Shown: positions 9,521-19,741, numbered from the stretch's first letter. The stretch is DNA of 64,000 nucleotides from Bacillota bacterium (GCA_012516125.1 JAAYXB010000027.1:102093-166092), one strand, 5' to 3'. The notes: generated by a model not told the origin, from the sequence alone. Translations and numbers: made by a program.

Positions 9521-10597
9521 CTAGATCTCGATAAGCTCTTTCGGTGACTTCGTAAGGTTGCGCACGCCCCCATCCTCGACGACGACCAGGTCTTCGATAC
9601 GCACGCCGAGGTTCCCTGGGAGGTAGATGCCTGGCTCGACGCTCACGACCATCCCCGGCTCGAGCACCGTGGACGAGGACGGAGCAAGGCGCGGCTCTTC
9701 GTGCACCGCAAGGCCCACCCCGTGCCCGAGCCCGTGGCCGAAGTTCTCGCCGTAGCCCGCTTCCTCGATGATCCGCTGCGCTATCCCATGTGCTTCCTCG
9801 CCTTTCATGCCGGCCCTGATGCCGTCGAGCGCAGCTTCCTGCGCGCGGAGGACGATGTCGTAGATCCTGCGCTGCTCGTCCGATGCCCGCCCTAGAGCCA
9901 CGGTGCGCGTGCAGTCGCCCCGGTAGCCGTCGACGACCGCTCCGAAGTCGAGCACGATGAGCTCGCCCGGGACGAGGCGCTTGTCAGTGGCTACGGCGTG
10001 AGGCATGGCGCCGTGCGCGCCGGATGCGACTATGATATCGAAGCCGATCCTCTCGGCGCCGTTCTTCCTCATGAACCACTCCATCTCGAGCGCCACCTCG
10101 ATCTCGGTCATGCCCGGCTTCATCATCGTGAGGATGTGGGAGAACGCTGCGTCCCCAAGGGCTTCCGCCCGCCGAATCCTCTCGATTTCTTCCTCGTCTT
10201 TGACCATCCGCATCTTCTCGACGAGGCCTTCCACCGGAACCAGCTTGACGCCTTCGAGCTCGGACGCAAACGTCTCGTGCTGTTTATACGTGACGACGTC
10301 CTTCTCGAAGCCGAGGGTCGCAACTCCGATCTCGGCGAGGACCTCTTTCAACGTGTCAACCATCTTCACGCCGTGCTTGACGATGCGGAAGTCGGGTGCC
10401 TGGGACGTCGCCTGCTCGATGTAGCGGAAATCCGTGATGAGCACGGCATGACCCTGAGAAATGACCACGAACCCGGACGAACCCGTGAACCCTGTCATGT
10501 AGCGCCTGTTCTCGGGGCGCGTCACAAGGAGTGCGTCGATTCCGTGTTCCTTGAGAGACTCCCGCAGCTTCGCTATCCTCGTCGCTGTGCGTGCCAT
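9521..10597 (-). CDS. pepP: Xaa-Pro aminopeptidase (M24B family)
   Basis: Creatinase/prolidase N-domain plus metal-binding motifs (HGLGHGVGLAVHEEP, VEPGIYLPG). Start at ATG 10597 with GGAGGG RBS. Position upstream of efp matches B. subtilis yqhT. Confidence 0.85.
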   Translation of the reverse strand: MARTATRIAKLRESLKEHGIDALLVTRPENRRYMTGFTGSSGFVVISQGHAVLITDFRYIEQATSQAPDFRIVKHGVKMVDTLKEVLAEIGVATLGFEKDVVTYKQHETFASELEGVKLVPVEGLVEKMRMVKDEEEIERIRRAEALGDAAFSHILTMMKPGMTEIEVALEMEWFMRKNGAERIGFDIIVASGAHGAMPHAVATDKRLVPGELIVLDFGAVVDGYRGDCTRTVALGRASDEQRRIYDIVLRAQEAALDGIRAGMKGEEAHGIAQRIIEEAGYGENFGHGLGHGVGLAVHEEPRLAPSSSTVLEPGMVVSVEPGIYLPGNLGVRIEDLVVVEDGGVRNLTKSPKELIEI

Positions 10598-10670
10598 ATC
10601 GTACCCTCCAACCCGCTGTGTTAACCGCGAGAAGCCCATACAGGCGCTGCCGGAATCGGGATATTCTCCT

Positions 10671-12095
10671 TCACCCGCCGTTTTCCTTCTCAGTTCGTGC
10701 TACGGCGTCATCCACGGTCACTATGCGCGGCGTGATGAATATGACCATCTCAGTTTCCTTGGCCTGGACCTTCTTGTTCTTGAAAAGCTCACCTAGGATG
10801 GGGATGTCGCCGAGGATCGGGAACTTCAGCATGCTCTCGATCTCCTCACGCTGAAGCAGCCCCGCGATGGCAAGGGTCTCGCCGTCCCGTACCGTTGCCA
10901 CGAAATCGGCTTCCCTCGTTCTCACGTGCGGGTAACCCTGGGTCTGCTCCTTGCCGAGGATGGACGACACCTCCGGACGGACGTGCACCGTTATGAGGCC
11001 GTTACGGTTGACGCGCGGCGTGATGATGAGCTTTACTCCGGCCTCAATGAAGGACACGCTTTGGCTCGTCTCGCCGCCGCTGGAGCTTGTGATTATGACC
11101 GGGATCTTGTCGCCGATGAATATCCGCGCCTCCGTGCCGTCTAGTGTGGTGGTGCCGGGACGGGCAATGGTGACAGCCTTGCCCGAATCCTCAAGCATCT
11201 TGAGAAAAGGCCCTACAGCGAGCGAAAGCCCAATGAATGCGCCGGTGGTGGGGTCCGTTCTTATATAGACCTTTCCGAACCCGCCGTACTCCCCCGCTTC
11301 CTGCCAGTTTATCCCGTGCTCGTCCAGGGCATCCTTGGCGATTTCCTCAAGGCGAGCGTCGATCCGCACCATGGGGATGGGCACGTCCAGCTTCTCCACG
11401 ACCTTAGCAGCTTCATCGAGTTCCATTTGGGCACCCGAGGCTATGACCGAATTCGTGCGCTCGTCTACCTGGAGTCTGTCGGCGGGGATCACGAGGCTGA
11501 GAGCCTGCTTGATGTCGGCCGGCGAGGAGTAGCTCAGCTTGAACACCCTGGTCTCGACCTTGTCGAAGCCCTCTTTGAAACGTCCGGGGGCGGCAACCAC
11601 GAGGGTGTTGCCGACGTACCTGTAGGCGAGGCCGGTTGCGCGCGTGACAAGCTCTACCGCGTCGGTCACAGGGACGGCCTTCAGGGTTAGCGAGACCTCG
11701 CCCCTCACGGACGGGTCGGCGATGATGTTCACGCCTCCGAGCTCCGCAAGGATCTTGAGGACGTCGCGGATGTCGGCGCCTTTCAGGTCGATCGTGACAG
11801 GGTGTCCCACAGCTCGGGCGGTGCCTGCTATGGCACTCCCTGCAGGTGTCGTCTGTCCCTGTCCCTGTCCCTGTGTCTGTGTCTGCGTCTGCGTCTGTGC
11901 CTGTACCTGTGGCTGTGGCTGTGCCTGTGCTTCTCCCTGTGCACCTGGAGTTGCCTCTGCCTGAGCAGGGCCTTGCTGCTCCGGCTGAACCTGGGCCTGC
12001 GCCTGCGGCTGCTGTGGCGCCGCCAGGCACGCCAGCGTCACTACGAGCACAATCATGAAGGCGACCCGCCTGGTCAGGCGCGGACCGCTTGTCAT
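10671..12095 (-). CDS. pilQ: type IV pilus secretin PilQ family protein
   Basis: Signal peptide, Gln/Thr/Pro-rich low-complexity linker and N-domains. C-terminal secretin domain (GETLAIAGLLQREEIESMLKFPILGDIPILGELFKNKKVQAKETEMVIFITPRIV). Confidence 0.8.
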   Translation of the reverse strand: MTSGPRLTRRVAFMIVLVVTLACLAAPQQPQAQAQVQPEQQGPAQAEATPGAQGEAQAQPQPQVQAQTQTQTQTQGQGQGQTTPAGSAIAGTARAVGHPVTIDLKGADIRDVLKILAELGGVNIIADPSVRGEVSLTLKAVPVTDAVELVTRATGLAYRYVGNTLVVAAPGRFKEGFDKVETRVFKLSYSSPADIKQALSLVIPADRLQVDERTNSVIASGAQMELDEAAKVVEKLDVPIPMVRIDARLEEIAKDALDEHGINWQEAGEYGGFGKVYIRTDPTTGAFIGLSLAVGPFLKMLEDSGKAVTIARPGTTTLDGTEARIFIGDKIPVIITSSSGGETSQSVSFIEAGVKLIITPRVNRNGLITVHVRPEVSSILGKEQTQGYPHVRTREADFVATVRDGETLAIAGLLQREEIESMLKFPILGDIPILGELFKNKKVQAKETEMVIFITPRIVTVDDAVARTEKENGG

Positions 12096-13264
12096 GGTTT
12101 ACCGCCTCCCCCGAGTTCCAGCACGAACTCCTCGCCTTCCTTGATCACGGTGATGGACTTCTCCCCGATGGACTTCACCGTCACGCCTCCGACCTCGTCT
12201 CCGGGCCGCACGATGCTGCTGCCCTGGGGCGTCTTCACTATCGCGTACGCCGAGTCACCGGTGCTGATGATGCCGGTCACAAGCATGAGCGGGGGGTCCA
12301 CGCGCGGCCTCGGCGGGGCAACAGATTCCGGCGGCACGCTCTCGCGGCCGCTCTCTTTGACGGTCAGTGTTCCCTTGCTGGTAGTAGGTGCTCCTGCGGC
12401 TGTGGGGCCGCCGCCCTTGTCCGCCGTTGACGGTGGCTTGGCGGTCCCGGGCTTCCCCGCATCGTTTCCGGCGGACGGCTTCCCCGAGAGAGCCTGGGAC
12501 GGTTCCGACGCCTGGACGGCTTCACCGGCACGTGTGTCTCCCGCGCGCGGGGCGGACTCGCCCGTTGCGGTCTTGCCGGGCTTGTCCACCGGCTCGGTTG
12601 TTCCGGTCTTTCCCACCGGCTCGGCGGCTGCCACACTGCCTTTCTCGCCAGCCTGCGCCTCTTCAGGCGCAGGCTGAGGCGTCGGCGTGGGTGTGGGCGG
12701 CAACTGTGCTACCGTCACAGGCTCCGGGGGCTTCGGCACAGGCGGAGAGGAGGGTTTTGCGTCTTCCTTCGGCTCGGCCGGAGGCTTCTCCTCGGGCACG
12801 CTCGGTTTCGTCGCGGCCTTTGAAGCGTTCTTTGCTGAGGCCGTAGCGATGATCCTCCTGACCTCGTCCGGTCCCGTGTCAGGCTCCGCGCTCATGGGGC
12901 CAGGGCGCCGCCCTTGCGTGCGGTAATACCGTACAATAGAACTGTCCGGGGCAAATGGGTCCTCATCGGACCTTGCAGGAAACGAAATGGCCTCCTCCTC
13001 CTTACCCGCCTGGGTGACGGGGGGAAGCGGCTTCTGAAGCTCGCGCCACTTCTCGGGGATGGCGGGCCGGGTGACAGCCGTCGAGGGCGCCTCCGGCAAG
13101 CTCCTGTCCGCAGGCGGGCGCACAGCCCTCATGCCCACGACGACCGCGGCGGCCATCACAGCAAGAGCGAAGACAGCCACGAACCAGGCCACGGGTTTAA
13201 GTGGCGACTTCGTGCCACCTTGTCTGAGATCCACACGTGTCTTGCCGCCGAAGAGAGGTCTCAT
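12092..13264 (-). CDS. PilP-like pilus assembly protein (proline-rich, N-terminal TM)
   Basis: N-terminal TM anchor and a long Pro/Ala/Lys-rich linker. C-terminal beta domain (LMLVTGIISTGDSAYAIVKTPQGSSIVRPGDEVGGVTVKSIGEKSITVIKEGEEFVL) resembles PilP. Position between pilO and the secretin. Confidence 0.45.
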   Translation of the reverse strand: MRPLFGGKTRVDLRQGGTKSPLKPVAWFVAVFALAVMAAAVVVGMRAVRPPADRSLPEAPSTAVTRPAIPEKWRELQKPLPPVTQAGKEEEAISFPARSDEDPFAPDSSIVRYYRTQGRRPGPMSAEPDTGPDEVRRIIATASAKNASKAATKPSVPEEKPPAEPKEDAKPSSPPVPKPPEPVTVAQLPPTPTPTPQPAPEEAQAGEKGSVAAAEPVGKTGTTEPVDKPGKTATGESAPRAGDTRAGEAVQASEPSQALSGKPSAGNDAGKPGTAKPPSTADKGGGPTAAGAPTTSKGTLTVKESGRESVPPESVAPPRPRVDPPLMLVTGIISTGDSAYAIVKTPQGSSIVRPGDEVGGVTVKSIGEKSITVIKEGEEFVLELGGGGKP

Positions 13265-13833
13265 CTGCCACCCCCACCCTTTGGCACCACGTATAGGACC
13301 ATCGAGAGCGTCGCATCCAGCGTTTGCGCCCTTCCCGCATCGCTCGTCCCCCGTGGGGCAGTGAGGCGGACGCCTCTCACGCTCATCGCTCGCCCGAGGG
13401 AAAGAAGCTTGTCAAGGAATGTCTTCACCTGTTGATAAGAGCCCTGGACCTCTATCGTGAAGGGAACCTCAGCATAGGGACTGGAGGAGGACAGGGATCC
13501 GAGGGAAAGGGACACCACAGCCACTCCGGAAGCGGATGAGACGCGGTCCAGATCCCTCAGGAAGTAGGGTATGCCTGTTTCCCTTGTTACCATAGAATCG
13601 ATCGCCTGGAGGGCCTTCAAGGCCTCTTCATACTCCACCCGCAGGCTCGCGAGGGTCTCGCCCTTCTCGGCGATCGACCCGATCCTGCGGCTTATGAGGT
13701 CAAGACGTTGGGAAAGGTCCGCGGCCTCGCGCGATATGGGCGAAAGGACGTACGCATAGAACACATAGCCCGCAAGAGCCAGGCCCACGGTCAGGACGAG
13801 GATGTATCTCGGCATCTGGCTTCGGCTGCTCAC
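13261..13833 (-). CDS. pilO: type IV pilus assembly protein PilO
   Basis: N-terminal TM, coiled-coil, then a PilO-like fold. Operon position after pilN. Confidence 0.6.
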   Translation of the reverse strand: MSSRSQMPRYILVLTVGLALAGYVFYAYVLSPISREAADLSQRLDLISRRIGSIAEKGETLASLRVEYEEALKALQAIDSMVTRETGIPYFLRDLDRVSSASGVAVVSLSLGSLSSSSPYAEVPFTIEVQGSYQQVKTFLDKLLSLGRAMSVRGVRLTAPRGTSDAGRAQTLDATLSMVLYVVPKGGGGR

Positions 13834-14384
13834 GGCTTCTCGCCTCCTGTGCGAGAGAGCGTCGCCTGCGCCTGAAAGGCGAGCAGCCCTTCATTCTCGC
13901 CGGCCCTGCCAGTGCGAGCCAGGCGGACGTCGTCGAAAAGATCCGAATCCTCAAGGGCTAGCATGAGTGAGGCCACGGCCTCGAGCGACGCCGCCTCTCC
14001 GTCTATCATCGCCTTGCCGTCGTCTGCAAGGGTGAACTGCACCAGGCGCACGCCCCTGGGAAGGAGACGCGAAAGGTCGCCTAGGATCTCCTGCGCCGGG
14101 AGACCGCCCTCAACCTGTTGCGTGGCTGCGGCTAGCCTTGCCAGCACTTCGTCCTTGCTCTTGCGGGTCTCCTGGATATCGTGGTCGAGCCAGGCATAGC
14201 GGGCGTAGTCCTCCTCTTGCGCCTTCAGAGAGCGGCGCAGGTCTGCGACCTCCTGCGCCTTCACCACGTAGAGAAGGACGGCCACGAGCACGAAAGCGCA
14301 CACCGACGCTGCCGCCACTATCCGCAGGGCGCTCGTCCTGGGCGGCTTCGGTAGCCCTGGCGGCAGCAGGTCAACGCCTTTCAA
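13830..14384 (-). CDS. pilN: type IV pilus assembly protein PilN
   Basis: Single TM plus coiled-coil plus periplasmic domain (LKGVDLLPPGLPKPPRTSALRIVAAASVCAFVLVAVLLYV...). Start assigned to a TTG at 14384 that overlaps the pilM TGA stop, with GGTGGAGGA upstream. The ORF-track N-terminal 83 aa is likely artefact. Confidence 0.6.
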   Translation of the reverse strand: MKGVDLLPPGLPKPPRTSALRIVAAASVCAFVLVAVLLYVVKAQEVADLRRSLKAQEEDYARYAWLDHDIQETRKSKDEVLARLAAATQQVEGGLPAQEILGDLSRLLPRGVRLVQFTLADDGKAMIDGEAASLEAVASLMLALEDSDLFDDVRLARTGRAGENEGLLAFQAQATLSRTGGEKP

Positions 14385-15553
14385 GAGTCCTCCACCCCCC
14401 GCAGCGCAAGCCCGATTGCAACCGAAAGCGACGGCCCGTGCGCAGCGAGCACGTCGGCGAGGCGATCCGTCTTCGCCGGGGATGCGTTCTTCAGCGGGTT
14501 CCCGGGGCTCACCGCCACGCCGAGGCTGCTCTCGAGGAACTCGGCCAGCCCTGCGAGCCTCGACCCGCCGCCGGTGAGTATGACCGAGGCGATGGGCGCG
14601 TCCGCGCCGCGCCTTGTCCTCGCCTGGGCGTTGCAATAGTCGATAGACCGCCTCAGCTCTACGGCAAGCCTCGCTGCAACGCTGGCGAGCGCCTGCTCGA
14701 CAGCGCCATCCTCAGAAGCGGCGTCGTCCACCAAGGCGCCACCGGCTACCGCCGTAGAGGACGGCACCGGCACACGACACCTGCGCTTGGCTGTCTCCGC
14801 CCAACCCGCGCCGCGGCCCGTAGCCTCGGCCACGGCGGCTGTGAAGTCGTTCCCACCTATGGGAACGATCCGCGTGAACCGAAGCACGCCGCCCTCGGAG
14901 TAGGCGAGGTCGGTGGTCCCTCCTCCGATGTCCGCACAAAAGGCCGAGGACTCGGCGTTGCCGTCGCGGAATACGCGGTCCAGCGTGATAGGCTGGATGT
15001 CGAGGGCCAGCGGGTACAGCCCCGCAAGCTGCATGGTCTCGACATGGCTCTGCACGAGCTTCTTCGGGGCGGCCACGATCATGACCTCGATCTTGTCGGG
15101 TGAGCCCGCCGGGGAGCCGACGATTTGGAAGTCTATGCTCGCGTCTTTCGCAGGGTAGGGGATGTACGCCCCCGCGTCCCACTTCACCGCCTGGGCAAGT
15201 TCCTCCCTTGGCATGCGGGGGAAAAGCGCATGCCTCACCACGACATCGTCGCCTGCGATGGCAGCGTATACCTCGTTGGATCGGATGCCACCCGCGCGCA
15301 TGGCCTCCTTCACGGCGGCGGCGACCTTCGGAGGGTCGAGGACGCTCCCCTCGGCGACCGCGCCTTCGGGCGTGGGATGTACCCCGGCGCGAGTTATCTC
15401 GACCGCGCTCTTTGTTTTCGTGATCTCGACCACCTTGATGAGGGTGGTCCCGATGTCAAGCCCCACGGCGCGCTTCGCGCCGCCGAACGGAAGAAGCGGG
15501 CTCAGACGACCGCCTCCTTTCGAAGCATGAACCCTAATACTGGGCCGCCACAC
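14381..15553 (-). CDS. pilM: type IV pilus assembly ATPase-fold protein PilM
   Basis: Actin-like PilM (VGLDIGTTLIKVVEITKTKSAVEITRAGVHPTPEGAVAEGSVLDPPKVAAAVKEAM). Start uncertain by about 20 codons. Confidence 0.8.
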   Translation of the reverse strand: MWRPSIRVHASKGGGRLSPLLPFGGAKRAVGLDIGTTLIKVVEITKTKSAVEITRAGVHPTPEGAVAEGSVLDPPKVAAAVKEAMRAGGIRSNEVYAAIAGDDVVVRHALFPRMPREELAQAVKWDAGAYIPYPAKDASIDFQIVGSPAGSPDKIEVMIVAAPKKLVQSHVETMQLAGLYPLALDIQPITLDRVFRDGNAESSAFCADIGGGTTDLAYSEGGVLRFTRIVPIGGNDFTAAVAEATGRGAGWAETAKRRCRVPVPSSTAVAGGALVDDAASEDGAVEQALASVAARLAVELRRSIDYCNAQARTRRGADAPIASVILTGGGSRLAGLAEFLESSLGVAVSPGNPLKNASPAKTDRLADVLAAHGPSLSVAIGLALRGVEDS

Positions 15554-15790
15554 CTGAAACCATTCTCAAAAGTCGGGAGCGTCTTCGTACGGGACTGTTG
15601 AACTCCGCCAGCAGCTACCCGTTTAGCCCGGCACGGCGACGGTTTTGGGCGATTCGGCCCGGTCATCGTGACACGATGTGGGAACCATCAACAGTCTCTT
15701 ACTCCCGTACTTACTGCTGTGCTACACAGGCAAAGGAACCTGGAAGACGTCACCAAACCGGGAAATCGGCGCAGACTGGTGCTCCCACGC

Positions 15791-16612
15791 TTAGAACCCC
15801 GCCTGGCCAAGCCACGGGAACACGAGACGCAGTACCCAGGTCCCCGAGATACACACGATGATCGCTCCCGCCGCAATGAAAGGCCCGAACGGGATCTCGT
15901 CCTTCCTCTTCTTAAGGCCTGCGACGATCAGCCCGATCCCGACCGCCGCGCCGATGAAGCACGCGACCATGAACGACGCAAGCCCGCCCCACGGCCCGAG
16001 AAAGCTCCCCACGAGCGCCATCAGCTTGACATCTCCGCCGCCCATGCCCCCGCGGCTCAAGAGGGCGATGAGGAACACAAGCCCTCCGCAGGCAAAAAGT
16101 CCAACGATGCGCATCGTAACCTCGCGGAGGCCCCCGAGCGCCCCTGCCGCCACGCCCACCGCCATCCAGGGAAGCGTAAGCCTGTCGGGGATCACCCCAT
16201 GATTGAGATCGATCCCCGCCGCAACCACGACCAGGCTCGCCAGCACCAGGTAGTTCAGGGTCCAGACAGTGGCTCCGCGGCCTACCACGATCAAGAGAAA
16301 AATGAGCCCAACGCCGACCTCCATGGCAGGGTAAGAGATGGATATCTTCTTTCCACAGTGGCGACACCTGCCCCGGAGGAGCAGGTAACTCAGCACGGGC
16401 ACGAGCTCGAGCGGCCCGAGCGTGGTCCCGCATTCCGGACAGTGGGATCGCGGCGACACGACCGACTTCCCACGTGGGAGACGGCGAACACACACGGTGA
16501 GGAAGCTTGCCACGATTGTTCCCGCAAGAAACACTAGCAATGTTCCGATGGGCGACGTACCTCCATACGACAAAGGAACAGGGATTTCCCATTGCGCATG
16601 AGATGCTGCCAA
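15791..16612 (-). CDS. pilD: prepilin peptidase (A24 family)
   Basis: N-terminal CPECG...CRHCG zinc-finger motif followed by a polytopic peptidase domain (GGGDVKLMALVGSFLG). Track start is a TTG; true start uncertain. Confidence 0.85.
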   Translation of the reverse strand: MAASHAQWEIPVPLSYGGTSPIGTLLVFLAGTIVASFLTVCVRRLPRGKSVVSPRSHCPECGTTLGPLELVPVLSYLLLRGRCRHCGKKISISYPAMEVGVGLIFLLIVVGRGATVWTLNYLVLASLVVVAAGIDLNHGVIPDRLTLPWMAVGVAAGALGGLREVTMRIVGLFACGGLVFLIALLSRGGMGGGDVKLMALVGSFLGPWGGLASFMVACFIGAAVGIGLIVAGLKKRKDEIPFGPFIAAGAIIVCISGTWVLRLVFPWLGQAGF

Positions 16613-16936
16613 AGCACCCTGGACTCCAGGCTCCTGCGGTCAGGTGATCTCTTCGCTACAAAGCCAGAACGAGTTTGACGTTCAGCGTGATACCTTATGA
16701 CAAGGCGACAGAGCATCCCCAGGCCGCAGGAGCGAGCAGAGTCAGGATAGGCGCGTAAAACTCGACGACTGAAAGCTACCTCTTCCCAAGCCTCTCAGAC
16801 AATAGCCACTCGAGTTGTCAGGACAGATGCTACGGACGTGACGCGTTTGCCAATCCGGCACATCATGCGTCCGCGAATGATTCCCGCAACGCACGCACAT
16901 CCCTGTAGGCTACGACTCCGGCTGTTTCGGCTCTCG

Positions 16937-17329
16937 CTACTCACCAGCACCACAGGATGCACAATGCACGCCGGTCACGTTGCCCTCGTCGTCCTCGTCA
17001 AAGACGTAAGCGGTTGCGCCCTCGTCGCCCGTCACGGGGCACTTAGGCAGTTCTCCTGTTTCCAGATAACCCGCTAGCTGCTCAACGCTGTCCGGGTCTT
17101 TGCCGTTGTCAACTCGGTACAAATCGATCAGCCGCTCCAGTGTCTGCACGTTTGCCTCACATGCTTTCTTCTTTGCTGCTTGAGTGACTTTCGAGAAACT
17201 TGGTACCGCGATTGCAGCTAGGATTCCGATAATGGCAATGACTATAAGCATCTCTATCAGGGTGAAGCCTCGCCTATCGCAAACTACCCGATGGACAGCC
17301 TTTCTCACACGCATGCCTAATTCCCTCAC
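16937..17329 (-). CDS. type IV pilin (prepilin with class III signal)
   Basis: Leader ...CDRRG followed by FTLIEMLIVIAIIGILAAIAVP, the N-methylation site and hydrophobic helix. GTG start at 17329 with GAAAGGAGG 9 nt upstream. Cys-containing C-terminus. Confidence 0.8.
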   Translation of the reverse strand: MRELGMRVRKAVHRVVCDRRGFTLIEMLIVIAIIGILAAIAVPSFSKVTQAAKKKACEANVQTLERLIDLYRVDNGKDPDSVEQLAGYLETGELPKCPVTGDEGATAYVFDEDDEGNVTGVHCASCGAGE

Positions 17330-17439
17330 TGCAAATGGCCTCCTTTCTGTACTTCACACTGCGTTCCATAGGAATTGTCCCAACCTTCCGGTATCGCCCC
17401 CCTTGCGAGACTACAACATGTGACGCTATGTGACGCTCG

Positions 17440-18663
17440 CTATACGGCCTGCACCATCCTGAACATCGGCAGTATCACCGACGCCGCCACGAGGGCCACG
17501 CACAGGCCCAGGAACACGATGACGACGGGCTCTATCAGGCTCGTTAGCGACTTTATGCCCCGGTCGACTTCCTGCTCGTAAAACCCCGCCAGCTTCGTAA
17601 GCAAGCTGTCCAGGGCGCCGCCTTCCTCGCCGACTGCCATCATCTGCGTGACGACCGGTGGGAAGATCCCTGCCTGCGCCAGCGGAAGAGCGATGCCCGC
17701 GCCCTCCCTCACGCCGGACCGCACCTGCCGGAGGCCCATGGCGATGTGGCTGTTGCCAACGACTCTCTCGACGACCTCAAGGCTCTGGAGGATCGGGACG
17801 CCCGCGGCCACAAGGCTTGCTAGTGTCTGGGCGAACCGCACCACGATGACCTTCTCCATGAACCTCCCGATCACAGGAAGCTTCAGCACAGTCGAGTCAT
17901 ACCAGTAGCGGCCGCGATCCGTCCTGAGCCAGTATCCAACAGCCACCGCTGCGAGCGTCGGCACGCTGAGCACGACATACCACCTGGTCTGGACGAACTT
18001 CCCCACGCCGAACACGATCTGCGTGATCCTCGGCAGAGGGACATCAGACTGCGCGAGTACCTCGACGAACCTCGGGATCACGAACGTCATCAGGATGCCC
18101 ACCACTATCACGGCGAAGCCCGCGACGACCGCCGGGTAGGTGAGCGCGCCCTTGACCCTCTGGCGGAGGTCGTGGTCCTTCTCGTAGTAGTCCGCGAGCC
18201 GCGCGAGCACCTCGTCGAGCCGCCCGGTCACCTCCCCTGCCTCCACCATGTGGATGAAGAGCGGCGGGAACGCGCCTGTCTCGGCAAGCGCGCCCACGAG
18301 CGGGTTCCCGGCGTCCACGCGCGCCTTCGCCGCCTCGAGCACGCGCCTCTCCAGCTTGTTTTCGGCCTGACCTGCGAGCGTGTGCAGGGCGGCCGAAAGC
18401 CCCACCCCCGCCTGCATCATCACGGAAAGGTGCCGCGAGAGCCTCGCGAGGCTCTGGACCTTCAGTCTGCCGCGGACGGCTGGCCGCACCGCAGCTGGCG
18501 TGCTGCCCTCGGCCTCGCCCTTCTCTCCACCGAAAAGCCCCGTCACGAAGAGGCCCTGCGCTCGCAACAGCTCGGCCGCGGCGGCCTCATCGGCCGCCCT
18601 GATGGTGCCCTGTGTCAGACGCCCTTCAGCGTCGCGCGCCCGGTATGTGAATACCCGCTCCAC
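17440..18663 (-). CDS. pilC: type IV pilus platform protein PilC (GspF family)
   Basis: Two tandem T2SSF domains, three TM segments, about 400 aa. Confidence 0.85.
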   Translation of the reverse strand: MERVFTYRARDAEGRLTQGTIRAADEAAAAELLRAQGLFVTGLFGGEKGEAEGSTPAAVRPAVRGRLKVQSLARLSRHLSVMMQAGVGLSAALHTLAGQAENKLERRVLEAAKARVDAGNPLVGALAETGAFPPLFIHMVEAGEVTGRLDEVLARLADYYEKDHDLRQRVKGALTYPAVVAGFAVIVVGILMTFVIPRFVEVLAQSDVPLPRITQIVFGVGKFVQTRWYVVLSVPTLAAVAVGYWLRTDRGRYWYDSTVLKLPVIGRFMEKVIVVRFAQTLASLVAAGVPILQSLEVVERVVGNSHIAMGLRQVRSGVREGAGIALPLAQAGIFPPVVTQMMAVGEEGGALDSLLTKLAGFYEQEVDRGIKSLTSLIEPVVIVFLGLCVALVAASVILPMFRMVQAV

Positions 18664-18679
18664 TCCCGCGACCTCCTAC

Positions 18680-19741
18680 CTACGCGCCCCTGATGAGCCG
18701 CTTGAGCTCGTCCTGGTCCACCGCTATCGTGAGGGCGTCCTCCAGGCTCACCACGCCCTGTTCCACCCACTGCCGCAGGGACTGGTCCATGGTCTGCATT
18801 CCGAACCTCGCCCCGGTCTGGATCACCGACCGGAGCTGGTGGGTCTTGCCCTCACGGATGAGGTTTCGCACCGCTGGCGTCCCAACCATGACCTCCACGG
18901 CCGGCACCCGCCCGGGCTTGTCCTTCCTCGGGACGAGCTGCTGCGAGATCACCGCCACCAGCGTGGCGGCGAGCTGGATCCTCACCTGCTGCTGCTGATA
19001 AGGCGGGTAGACGTCGATTATCCGATCGATGGTCTGCACCGCGTCGCCCGTGTGCAGCGTGGCGAGCACCAGGTGCCCCGTTTCTGCGGCCGTGATCGCC
19101 GTGCTCATGGTCTCGAGGTCGCGCATCTCACCCACGAGGATCACGTCGGGGTCTTCCCGCAGTGCCGCCCGGAGCGCCAGGGCGAACGAGGCGGAGTCCT
19201 GCCCGATCTCGCGCTGGTTCACCATGGCCTTCTTATGTCGGTGCAGGTACTCGATGGGGTCCTCGATGGTCATCACGTGGCAGCTTCGCTCGCTGTTGAT
19301 GAGGTCCACCATCGCCGCAAGCGTGGTAGACTTGCCGCTGCCCGTCGGCCCTGTCACGACGATAAACCCGCGGCTCTTGCGGGCAAGAGTCTCGATGATG
19401 GGCGGAAGGCCAAGCTCCGCTACGGTCGGTATCTCGTGCGGGATGACCCTTATGGCTGCCCCACACGTCCCACGCTGCCGGTATGCGTTCACCCTGAAGC
19501 GCCCCACTCCAGGCAGGCCGTATGAAAAGTCCACCTGGCCCTGCTCCGCGAAAACCCGCCTGTGCTCGTCGTTCATGAGAGCCAGCACGAGCCCTTCGGT
19601 GTCCTGCGGCGAAAGAGGCGTAAACCCCTCGACAGGACGCAGGCTTCCGACCACCCTCAGGACGGGTGGAAGGCCGGTCGTGATATGTAGGTCGGATGCG
19701 CCATTCCCGACAGCTACCTTCAGCAATTCCTCTATTGACAA
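18680..19741 (-). CDS. pilT: type IV pilus retraction ATPase PilT
   Basis: MSIEELLKVAVGNGASDLHITTGLPPVLRV... plus Walker A (GPTGSGKSTTLAAM) and Asp/His boxes. Start set at TTG 19741 with AAGGAGGG 9 nt upstream, overlapping the pilB 3' end by about 10 nt. Confidence 0.85.
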   Translation of the reverse strand: MSIEELLKVAVGNGASDLHITTGLPPVLRVVGSLRPVEGFTPLSPQDTEGLVLALMNDEHRRVFAEQGQVDFSYGLPGVGRFRVNAYRQRGTCGAAIRVIPHEIPTVAELGLPPIIETLARKSRGFIVVTGPTGSGKSTTLAAMVDLINSERSCHVMTIEDPIEYLHRHKKAMVNQREIGQDSASFALALRAALREDPDVILVGEMRDLETMSTAITAAETGHLVLATLHTGDAVQTIDRIIDVYPPYQQQQVRIQLAATLVAVISQQLVPRKDKPGRVPAVEVMVGTPAVRNLIREGKTHQLRSVIQTGARFGMQTMDQSLRQWVEQGVVSLEDALTIAVDQDELKRLIRGA

